A DNA stretch of 64,000 bases from the human T2T-CHM13v2.0 reference genome, Homo sapiens: the NCBI RefSeq assembly GCF_009914755.1, contig NC_060947.1; one strand, 5' to 3'. Position 1 is the stretch's first letter. Each line of letters starts with the position of its first letter. The notes beneath the pieces were generated by a model. It was not told where the DNA came from. It ran no database searches and worked only from the letters and a program-made list of their open reading frames with translations. This document shows positions 52,786 to 64,000 of this stretch, one piece after another. The translations under genes were made by a program, and so were the position numbers.

Positions 52786-55199
52786 AGGATACAGGACTAT
52801 GGGAAAGAAGCTTATAGGGAAGAATGGAACTGGTGGGGGATTTTCAACTTTTTCCAAGTATTTGAGTACTTTTAAAAAATAATGATTGTCACTGAGAATT
52901 CTAGAAGGACATTTGAGGAGAAATTAAGTTAAGTACAAAGAAAACATGGGAAATTGAAAATAAAAAACAGCAATTTATGATTTTAAAAATTGCAAGAGAA
53001 AAATAGAATCATGGTAGAACACTTAGTTCAACAGTGAACACTACTTACATAGGCATACTATTTTAAATAATAAAGTGAATGTGTGTGAGAGAGAAGTTAG
53101 AGAGCTTAAATTCTTATATTTTATTATAAGAAGTTAATAGGCAATGTGTAATGTCAATAAGTCAAGAAAATGCAACATAGTATGTCATTTAGAAATATGA
53201 AGGTAAATGAAGAAATAACAAAAAGTTTCAAATGGGACTGAGCTGTGGAGAGATATGAATAAAGGGACTGATTTTTCAATATAAATTATATTTTAAACTA
53301 TATACATAAATTATTTTGGTAATACTATTTTTAAAAAAAGAAAAAGGAAAGTAATAAAGTGAAATTACATGAATTGTATAGGACCAGGATGTGAATGTTA
53401 TATGGGTGTGTCTAAAAGGAAAGTCTTATAATGAACAAGAAATCCACCTGTTTTGCTTCAACACAATGGATAGGGATAATACTACCAGCCAGGATAAATA
53501 AAATGTTCTGTCATGCTTGATCCCCAGCATACTCTGGGGCTCATTTGGGACTTTTAACAATCACAGTAAGAACCATGTATATCCTAAAATCAAAGTTTTG
53601 AAGAAAAGTGGTATTTTTATTACTAATAATATGCTACCCTTCATTTATGGAGAAGAAATACACTTTGAGTTGTTTTTACATTGGTGTGTGTGGATTTAGG
53701 CCATTTTCCTGATCTTTGGTTCAGTTCCCTTGGGGCCAACTATATGCATTTGCAGGAGACCTAGCTAAAGCTGGGGGGTACAGCCTAGAGCCATGGAACA
53801 CAGCAAAACTGACTAGCTTCACCTCAGGGAAATAAATTCAGGGCCTTCACAAAACATTCTACTAAGAAAGTCAATGTTTACTCTCAAGTTATTTGATTTT
53901 CAAGTTATCTGCTTCAATAAGCTTTTTCACCCACATTATTTATGAGTTTGTTTTGGTAGAATCAACCAAGAATTCAAGACCTTGTCTTGTACCTATATAT
54001 TTGTTGCTTACCAATTATTCTGGTAAAACTACCATATCTCTCTATCTGGGTTAGGGAAATACCACATAGAAAAATTCCTTTAACTGTAACCACATTATAT
54101 TTCTTATCCAACTGAACTTTGATACCCAGAATTCCACCTCACTCCCTAAATGGTATTTGAAGAGTTTTTAATACTTTGATTTATGGCTCTCAAGATACTT
54201 GCCAGTTTCTTCTTCTTTGATGGGAAAACAAGACTTACATTTTTTATATGGTTGTTATGTTGAAATTACCATCAGCAAATTAATGTACTTAATAATTGTC
54301 AAATAAAGTGAAAAAATGTGTCTGAAACATAGAGACAACTATATTTAGGAATCCCTTCAGCTTCTTACAGGCATCAGATAACAAGATAAATATCATTATG
54401 ATTTTGATCTAGGGGACCCTGTCATTTAAAATTTAGGTGAAAAAAGATGTTCTTTATTCAGCTAGATCTGAGAGCACCATAATGAATAAAAGTCATTTAC
54501 TTTATGTTGCCTTTAATTTGTTCAGGGTTGAATATCTTTGTATTTTAAGCATCAGCAAGAAAATGCACTTCTTATCTGGTGTAAATTATAAACAATGTGG
54601 CACTATGAGGGATTAAATAATCACATCTTAAAATCCAGCAAGAGCTCCTCAGTGTAGAAAAGTCAATTAGTCATTGATTGTGGATTCTATCCCTTGACCT
54701 TTTGTTCTCCCATCTTATATCTCATAGGCAGGAGAGTTTTCATTCCTGTTATTCAACTGTTGCTACTGGAAACAGAAAGGACCCACTCATCCTTTTCACC
54801 ATCTTCAGCAAAATTATTGGGTCAGAAAAGTTTGCCTCATGTCTCACACAATATACACTCAAGACTTCTTGAGTGTGTACTTGACAGCAGCAGGGACAGG
54901 AGAAGAGAGATTCTGCCTAGCTCCCTTTGCCTTGTGCACTCGGTGTAACTTTTCTTTCTCCCTGACTCTGAAAATACCCTAGAATATCTCTCTTCCAAGA
55001 CATCTAAATTCTTATGAGATCCACTTACAAGAATGCAGCCTGTCTGTGAATCCTGGATTCATCCTCTGTGGGTTGGGGCTAAAGGCAGTTTTTCAGTATC
55101 CAGATCACCACTGATGTTTGAAGAGCATATAGGACTGCATCCTTGGTCTAAATTACTCTTTGGCTAAAGTTATAAGCCATTCTCTAGTAATGCCATTCA

Positions 55200-55281
55200 T
55201 GAGTGAGTGTGTGTGTATGCATGTGTGTGTGTGTTGTATAGATGTATGAATATGTGTGAATATCTGTGCATGTGTGAGTGT
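55200..55281. repeat. Degenerate (TG)n tract
   Basis: Directly visible. Confidence 0.75.
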
Positions 55282-57354
55282 TTCCATCTACTTCCCCAGT
55301 ACCCTTAATGTCTATTCATTTACCAAAACTGTCTCATAGCCCTTCTTTGCACTTTATCTGACTTTGACAGCAGCAGAACTAAGAAAGAGTTCTTATAAGA
55401 TCCAATAGAGTTTGTGGCCTAACTGGAAGATCTTTCCTCTGTTCTTTATAGCCTTCTGTGTTCCTCGTTCCCTTTTTTCCTTAACTAGGTTTGGCCACCT
55501 ACCCACCCCTGCCCACTCTACCATTCCAAGGTGCCCCATAACAAAAACTACACTAGTACCTTTAGACAGCTGGACCTTTGCCAAGCCAGATCCCCTGCCC
55601 CCATACACACACCAAAGGGGAAGAAAAGGAACCCCTTGAAACACTATTCCAAGCTTCTGTGAAAATCATTTTTTCTGCTTCTTTGAGTTCCAGTTTAGGA
55701 CCAATCATTCTTTTTTTTAATTCTTAAATTCACACTGTCTCAACTTCTTAATTCATTTTTTTTCCTAATTTTCAGGACTTCTGGTTGGAAAAATTCACAA
55801 GTATCTGGTATGGAATTCCTCTCTTTATGTGCTTCATACATCCTTCTTAATTTTTATTCACAAGCTCTAGTTTTCATCTATACTTGCCATTGTTTCCATT
55901 TTTCCTTCCTTTCTCATCATACAGAAGGCAAGAAGCTGTATATCTTGGATGGTCTTTCCAGACAAGTCTGTATGACATTTTCCTCTTTCTGTCTGGTACT
56001 AACTCTCTCTCTATCACACACACAACAAAGAATGCATAACTTTTTGTGTGACCCTTAGCTTATATTATTATTTTTTTTAGACTCAGGCACAGAATCCAAT
56101 TTAACCTGTATTATTTTATCTTACTTATTTAGCTCTTAATGTCATCAACAAAATAAGACAAAGCCTGTTCTTTCTGTTCTTATTTCACTTATACTGTATC
56201 TGTGTAAATACTGAATGTTTGTTCTAAGTTACTAGGTTAGCTATAAAGAAAGAATATATTTGGAGATGTATGTAATAATTGCAGGAATAGTGAGAGAAAG
56301 AGAGAGTTTGCTAGGATTTACCTTCATTTGGAACAGGAATTGCTTCCTCATACTCTTCACTGAATAGAGCCAAGAACTCAGGGCCAGAAGTAAATAAACA
56401 AAGTCAAACTACAACTGAGCCTACCATGGGAATGAACTGCTTTGAGGGTGTTCTAGAAGATCCATAAGAATGAGTTCAGACAATAGCAATTCCAAAATAA
56501 AATCCCCTTGTGGAGAAGTCAAGGATTAATGAACTATACTTTCCATGATCAAAGAAAACAGACTTTTCATGAGAAAAGTCAGCCTATGCTTACTCTTCCA
56601 ATCAGGTTAAGCTAATAGCACAACTTATCCTCCCCCATTTCTCTCCAAAATGTGCCCCAAAAGGGTGTTGCCATGTGGACAGAGGTCTGACTTATTCAAG
56701 TGTGCTCCAGGAGCAAATAACTGAGGCCCAAAGAAGGAAAGTACACGGAGGTAGATTTCAGCTCAACGTAAGTAAATTTTGAAACATGAAAGTTGCCTAA
56801 AAACCACACAGGCTTCCCCAGGAGATAGTGTTTGAGCAGGCACCAGGTGACCTTTTCACAGGAATGTCATAAAAAATGACTTAAGAATAAATGTGGTATA
56901 GAGGAATCTAGTATTTTTTCTGACTTCTAATAGTCCATGATTCTATTATTTTCTAAATGGTCTCTAGCAAGTAACTTTATCTGAATATGTTCTTCTCTGC
57001 TACTGCCAGTCCATTCAGTCATTTCTACTGAACCTACTTCTCCCTATAGCTCTTAGGCTAGCTATACCACTGGACTGGTCTTTGCGCTAATAGGAAACAT
57101 ACACGGTGTTTGCTAGCTGGGACAGGTAAAATTCAAATTGCCTTTTACTATTCCTCAAGAGTGTTTTCTAATTCATTTTGCCTTGTCATTGCTTGAGGCT
57201 CTTCTGACATTGACCTTTTGACCAGCTGTTGGGTTTGCTTTTCAGTAGTTTGGTCATTCAGTATATTACTTTCCCCAGATTGCTGACTCATTGCTCTGAT
57301 GCTTTATTTGCATGAGTTTTTGAACTCTAGATTTTCTATATAATTTGCAACATT

Positions 57355-57545
57355 TAAATATGTGGGCTCTAAAAACAAACTGCCTGAGTTTAAATCCAGG
57401 CTGCTCTGCCATTTACCAGTTCTGAGACCTTGGATAAAATATTTGTCTTCTCAGGACTTGAGTCCCTTCTTCTGATAGGTGGAGGGCAAAAGGAATACCT
57501 ACATAATTAGGTTATTGTGAGGAATAAATGAAGTATGTAAAAGGC
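57355..57545 (+). mobile_element. MIR
   Basis: gggctcta...actgcctgagtttaaatccaggct...gaccttggataa...ggttattgtgaggaataaatga. Confidence 0.8.
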
Positions 57546-57827
57546 CAAGAACATATCACTTTCTTTGAAGGCATCAGAGGAACTCTAGGAAATGTTAGAG
57601 CAGCAATTAATTACAGAGATCTCTTTGGATTGCTACATTACTCCTTCAACTTCAACTCCTTACAGACTGTGTCCTTTCAGTTCCTTACAGATGTCTCAGT
57701 CACTACCAGGGTCGCAGGATTACTTTTGTATTATCTGTTTCCTGAACCCTTCCAAGAAAAAAATTAAATTGGTTTATTGTAAAACACAGATAGAAGCCCA
57801 ACACATATATTTTTCTTTACCCTGTGT

Positions 57828-58009
57828 TATCGTTATGAATGGGATCAGTGACCTTATAAAAGAGACCCTGTAGAACTCTCTCACTCTTTCTTCCATATAA
57901 GAACACAGCAAGAAGATGGCTGTCAATGAACCAAGAAGCAGGCCCTCACCAGACACTATATGTGCCAGCACCTTTAACTTGGACATTCCAGCCTCCAGAA
58001 TTGTAGGAT

Positions 58010-58062
<53 letters not shown>

Positions 58063-58149
58063 AATCTGTCTATCTATCATAGGGAGATATCTTTATAAGC
58101 TCTCAGTCCATAGTAGTTTTGTTATAGCAGCCCTAATGTACTAAGATAC
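57828..58149 (+). mobile_element. MLT1A0-like LTR, 3' part, containing a (TAGA)13 STR
   Basis: atgaatgggatcagtgaccttataaaagagaccc...ccctcaccagacac...ccagcctccagaa...gttatagcagcc...actaagata. Confidence 0.85.
58011..58062. repeat. Perfect (TAGA)13 tetranucleotide STR
   Basis: Directly visible. Confidence 0.97.
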
Positions 58150-58186
58150 CATGTTCGTTGGAATCTGAGTGATAATGCTTTTGAGA

Positions 58187-58415
58187 TGCAGTATAGCAGA
58201 CTAAGTAAAGAAGTGGATTCTGGAGTCACGCTGCTTTAATTCTAGCCCCACTTCTACCATTTAGTAGCTATGTGATCTTGGGCAAGCTGCTCTTTTTCTG
58301 CCTCAGTTTCCCCAAATGAAAAATTGAGATAATAACAATTGTACTTACTTTCTAGAGTATATGCATGGATTATATGAATTAATACACCTTAACACTATAT
58401 GCTTGGCACATAATA
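58187..58415 (+). mobile_element. MIR
   Basis: ggattctggagtca...agctatgtgatcttgggcaag...ctgcctcagtttcccc...cttggcacata. Confidence 0.82.
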
Positions 58416-59310
58416 TACCAGACACATATGATTAAGGTGTATTTAATTGATGTTAATTATTATTTTTTTCCTCCTGTAAAAAAGGGATATGTCACAATCC
58501 TGTAAATAATAGTGGTTGTTAACAGGTTTGGGGGAAGACAATGTCTAACAATCCAGAAAGGGAGCAAGCATACGTTGAATTCCACCTCCTCAGGTGGTTT
58601 GGATAAAACTCTCATAAACGCAAAGAAGAATCACCCACTCAGTTGCTGACCTAGACTTTTGCATATTCTTTGCTTCCTCAACCATAGCTTCCAGCCTGTC
58701 CCTATATTTAGTTACTACCCTCAAAGTAATAATATAGACCTTGTATAGGCTGCCTTAGGAAACATAACCCTATCACCTCAAAGGGTCCTAAGCAGGCACT
58801 GTGTTCACGCAGTCAACACAGGCCACAAACCTTGTCATTCTTATGCCTATGTGTGGAGAAGGCAGGAGCACCTCAAGGTGCTCACTAAGTGTTAGGAGTA
58901 TTAGCATAAAACTTTCCAGACTAGGGAAGAAGAGATAGAGACAAACAGGAAATAGTAAGTCTGTAGAAGAGGTTGGAACTCACTACAAAATTTCATGGAA
59001 AGTGGGAATAAATAGGATGTGATTTCACAAATCAGTTTTGCTGATGAAAAATTTAGTTGAGGGGACATTAGAAGGAAAGGAAGAGGACTCACTCAAGATA
59101 TTTTTTCAGAGCAATATGGAAGTCTCAAATACATCCGGAAATTCTCCATGTCCCTTATCTAGGCATAGCCTGTGAGTATAGGTGGACCAGGATTGACAAC
59201 CCACAGGTTTGTTTCCTGCTTCTGCCACACCTTTGATATGTGACTCTGGGACAGCCTCTTACCCTCTCAGTGGCCCTTATAATTATAGTTCCTGATATAG
59301 GAAGAACCAT

Positions 59311-59679
59311 TGCTATGGTATGTATGTTTGCCCTCCCCCCAATCTACCTGTCCACAATTCATTTATTAAAATCTAATCCACAATAGTAGGGGCCTCTTGG
59401 AAGGCAATTAAGTCATGAGGGCTCTGTCCTCATAAATAATATTAATTCCCATACAAAATATGCCCAAAAGAGCTCATTCCCCTCTTCTGCCACATGAGGA
59501 CACAGCTAGAATGCATCACCTTCAAAGTAGAGAGCAAGCCCTCACCAGGTACTAGTGAATCTGCTAGTGCCTTGATCTTGGACTTCTCAGCCTCCAGAAT
59601 TGTGAGCAATAAATTTATGCTGTTTATAAGTTACCCAGCATAAGGTATTTCATTATAGCAGCCTGAATATACTAAGACA
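59311..59679 (+). mobile_element. MaLR solo LTR (MSTD/MLT1A-like)
   Basis: tgctatggt...gtcatgagggctctg...ccttgatcttggacttctcagcctccagaa...caataaattt...actaagaca. Confidence 0.88.
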
Positions 59680-59899
59680 ATCACTCTTAACCCTCAAATT
59701 TGATAAAACACAGTACATTGAATTGGTATTTGCCTTTTTGAGTAGCAGTAGAGATAGAAAAGGCGATGTCCTGATCTTCATTCCAGAGGCCTGTGGAAAA
59801 GTTGGACTCCAGCTAGAATCACAAAAAGTGACGTTTTTGCTAATAATATGCTTCCTTCCAACAAGCTGTTTTGTAGGGAGTGACTATAAGAATTAATTA

Positions 59900-60125
59900 G
59901 GAAATAGTGTTTGGAATCAGATTCTGGCTCTCACTAACAAGTTGTGTGACTTTGTTCAAGTTAGTTATTGTTTATGGACCTCATTTGTCTCAGCTGTAAA
60001 ATGGGGGAAAATACAGTATCTACTGCATTGGGTTGTTGTAAGGATGGAGATAAAGCATGTGAAGCATTTAGCTCCACACTTGGCACATAGTAAATGCTAA
60101 AGAAAAAAATGTGACCTATTATTAC
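59900..60125 (+). mobile_element. MIR
   Basis: tgtgtgactttgttcaagtta...cctcatttgtctcagctgtaaaatgggg...ttggcacatagtaaatgct. Confidence 0.82.
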
Positions 60126-60630
60126 AATTTAGCCTCACTATTCCACATTTGGGGATATCAAGGGAAACAGTGGATGATGATAAAAAACGATTAATGAAAA
60201 AAAGGCATTACATGAGTTGTTGTGGCAGGGGTGGGATGGGCTCAATGTCATTGAGGGGCATATGTTAAGAGGATGTACAATTTGCTAAAACCAGGTGTAC
60301 CCAGGAAAAACAAAAGGCAATATCAGAAGCAACTAAGGTTGGAATTGATTACAAGTAGATGAGCACAAAAGAAAGTTTGTTGGGACATTTGTTCTGGGAG
60401 GCCTAGAACTGACAGGGAAGGAATCTGTTAATTAGCACTGTATTAGCCAGTCATAGGTTGAGTCATATTCTTTAAAAGAAAGCCCAATGTAATGGGGTAA
60501 AGCCAGCTGAAGAAGACAAAAATTAGTGCTCGAAGCTCTACAAAAACATATACAGGCCCTGGATTCCAAGATTAAAGTTCTGCATTCATTCAATAAACAT
60601 ACATGGTACATCAATTATGTGTAAGGCATC

Positions 60631-60992
60631 TGCTATGTTCTGAGTGTTGATGTCCCACCAAAATACATATGTTGACATCCTAACCCCCAAGGTAGTGGTA
60701 TTAGGAGGTGGAGCCTTTGGGAGGAGGTTAGGTCACAGGAGCAGAGCATTCATGAATGGAATTACTGGCCTTATAAAAGAGGCCCCAGAGAGACTACTGG
60801 CCCGATTCTACCATGTGAGGACACAGCAAGAAGGCACCATCTAGGAACCAGGAAGTGGGCCCTCATCAGACATTTTATCTGCCAGCACCCTGATCTTGGA
60901 CTTCCAAAGCTTGCAAATTGTGAACAATAAATTCCTGTTATTTATAGCTACTCAATTTATAGTATTTTTTTATATCAGCCAGAATGGACAAA
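60631..60992 (+). mobile_element. MLT1A0-like solo LTR inserted at an L2 3' end (60580-60630, minus strand)
   Basis: tgctatg...cctaacccccaagg...ggtattaggaggtggagcctttgggagg...ttataaaagaggccccagagag; TSD gcatc/gtatc. Confidence 0.88.
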
Positions 60993-61527
60993 GTATCCTT
61001 ATGGTATCTGAGGGCAGCAATATACTCACAGAGGCTATCTTACCTCTGTTAATTCTTCACCAAGATCGCCATTCATATTCCTCTTAATTAAGTTAATTAA
61101 TGTTTATTGAAAACCTACTGTAGTAAAAACTAAATATACAAACAGAAAGAAAGGAAACAAAAATACTTTTGAAGCAGCTTAATCTTTGCTTTCCAGTCAG
61201 GAGCCTACTTTGCCCTACCACAACCCTGTCCCAAACACTTGTAGTCAGGTAGCCAGTGTTTACATTGTTGCATCATCCAAGAAAACAATTGAGTAACCCT
61301 TTTATGAATCATGGAACTTGCTTACATAATCATCTGGCTTGATTGACAAAACCATTTTCTTACAAGTTTTTTCCTTTGATTCAGTTCCCTGACTCATCTC
61401 TTACTATGCTGTTCCTAGAGCAGACACCTTATTGGGCCAAAGGCTTTACAACTGTATTTCAAAAACATCTAAGGTTCTTCAAAGATGTTATGGTGATTCC
61501 AAAAGCATTCAGTTTGAATTACAATAA

Positions 61528-61878
<351 letters not shown>

Positions 61879-64000
61879 TAGTAAAATAACACACCGAAAT
61901 GGAATATACACCAGATTAGCACATACGGTGCTAATTTTTGCTGCCAGATGATTTAGTTTTTGGTGCAGACCTTGATTGGTAGCTACTCCTACCATTTTAT
62001 TTATCTCGAGTCCCCTGAGACTGCAAGCTGAGCTATCAGAAATGCCGTTTTTATTTCCAATTCATCTATGTGAATTAGGAATATCTCTACACTGTGCAAC
62101 CAAAATCTTACAGAAGAATAAGTTAGATGTGAAAGCTGAACATAAGAATACAACTGTCACATAGAAGCCCGTATTTTAAAGGATTGCATTCATCAAAACT
62201 TTATTCATGTGCTTAAACAGGGTGGATTTGAACTTAAAAGATTCTAACATATGTTTAAATATTACAGCTCTATGTGAGATTCCATTTGATTTAAAAAAAA
62301 AACCTACCGTTAAAAATAAAATTTAGAAACTACTGTCCTAAGTAAATTATGAGCTACTCACAAAGTATAATGGGGCAAAGTCAATTACAATAAATAAGTA
62401 AACACTTGGCATCCCAATGACTAGCCTGTTCAAAAGAGATGCCTGGAAAGGATGTGCACCTATATTGCTATATTGATCCATCTCTTCAAGAAACTAGAAG
62501 ACATGTTCATAAAGCTCTACACCATTGTTAAGGCTCTTAAGCCTCACAGCACTCTTGTTACAGGTATTATCCATATTCAGGAACCATGACGCTCCTCTCT
62601 CTGCCCGCTGCAATTGAAATTGACTCTATTCTCCTCTTACCATATCTATAGACACTGTCCTTTAAAACAGTAAATGGCTCAAAAGAATATAAGGTACAGA
62701 TTGCGTGAACTTTCAGTTCTACAAAAGGGTGGTTAAATACTCAGTAGACTGGAAAGAATGCGGACCGAAATGCTTTATATCTGAGAATTGACCGATCGCT
62801 CTGCTTTCCTCAGAGTCCTTTAATCTACCCCACTAAAATCAAACTCTTCTCACCTCACTCTAAGATCAGGCAATTTTGGTGTAACTCATTTCAGTAGTGT
62901 AACTTCTCAACAGAGGCATTCTTTTTGCCAATCCTGTTCCCTGGGCACTTAACCTGGTCCACTGGCAGTCTATTTGAATGGTCCTTAGGCTTCTTTATTC
63001 CTGTCCCTGACCAGCTTGATTGATCTGTCTCTCAATTTCTGCCCTGTTTTCTGCTCTGGCTCCTGCCCTCTTCAGTCTATCTTCCTTTTTTTCATCTCCT
63101 GGGCTCTCTCAACATTGGCCCTAGCCCAGGTCCTCATGTTCTTATCTCTTGCTTATCAACTCCAGCCTTCCTAGGGTGCCTTGAACAATCTACTCTCCAA
63201 TGATCACATCTGCCTCAGTCAACACCATTTTTGGTTGAAAACAGTAACAAAAAACTGATATCCAATTCTTCTTTGTGATTCCATCTTTTATAAAAACTGT
63301 AAAGTAAAAGGTGAAGTGCAGATACTTTTTTTAAACAGTAAGTCAGACTGCCTGTTTTCTTGATCCTGAAAACATATACCAATAAAGCTGGCAAAGACAG
63401 GAATAAAAAATAATACAGTTAACAAAGTCAAATAAATTTCTCTGAGCCCGGGGCCCTTCAAACATATGTTATCTTACTGTCGGCTTGCACAGCCAGGTGC
63501 CTCCACTCTCTGCTTCCTGTCAACTGCATTCTGCCTGTTTTTGTGAATTTCCCAAGTTCCTTTCCCCACCTTATTTATATTTCTAACAGCCTTATTATCA
63601 TTTAAATTACATCCAAAAGCAACTGACTGTGTTTCATCTGAAGCACAGATGGAAAAAGAGAGTGGGCAGGTTCTGGGGCAAATCCCATTGGGTGCTTCCC
63701 TGCCTTTCTCCCCCTCAGATACATTTATCCAAATGAAATCACATTAAGGCAAATATCAAAGGCATTATTGAGAGGCATGGCAGACAAAAACTTGCAGCCT
63801 AAAGGGCTTTTATAAAAGTAGGAAAGGAAAATGCTTTGAGCAGGGGGTGGTGTTTTAGGGTGAAGGTTTCAGGTGCAGATAGTCTCTATATAAGCCTTGA
63901 CTAAGGAGTTCTAATTATTTTCCCCATCATCCTGCAGACCACTGACTTCTCAAGAGGCACTCCAGTGCCCCACCCCCTTAGAAGAAAAGTAATCTGTAAC

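Larger units (their letters stand above)
50617..53345 (+). mobile_element. Ancient L1M/HAL1-like relic interrupted by two L1PA ends
   Basis: Start agacttctagttaaatatggc is typical of old L1 5' ends; purine-rich plus strand; 3' part ...tttagaaatatgaaggtaaa...gggactg...tttaaactatatacata. Confidence 0.45.

Noticed and set aside
62600-64000. Pyrimidine-rich stretches as splice acceptors or exons
   Set aside because: No convincing open exon with paired splice sites; may be decayed L2, and cannot be supported without transcript data

Overview
AT-rich, repeat-dense primate genomic DNA, almost certainly human because it carries an Alu with all five AluYa5 diagnostic changes. It looks intergenic or deep-intronic. 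I find no supportable protein-coding exon, RNA gene, CpG island or CRISPR array; every ORF in the track that I could assign is a decayed L1 ORF2, MaLR/THE1 internal, Tigger1 transposase, Alu or microsatellite read-through. Roughly half or more of the window is a layered transposon record: many L1 pieces (L1M/L1MA/L1PB/L1PA), two THE1 proviruses with both LTRs, several solo LTRs (MLT1/MST, MER57), a near full-length Tigger1, MITEs (MER5, MER103, MADE2), five Alus, a FLAM-like monomer, and MIR and L2 relics. I found no new biological system. The most interesting signals are mechanistic: an apparent L1 3' transduction bracketed by a perfect 13-bp TSD, a young AluYa5 that may be polymorphic, L1-into-L1 mini-insertions, a probable twin-priming inversion, a microsatellite-filled 3.5-kb L1 deletion, a perfect 26-bp palindrome and a near-perfect OCT4-SOX2 composite motif. 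Subfamily names come from my memory of consensus sequences and need RepeatMasker/Dfam confirmation. Boundaries without a quoted TSD are approximate.
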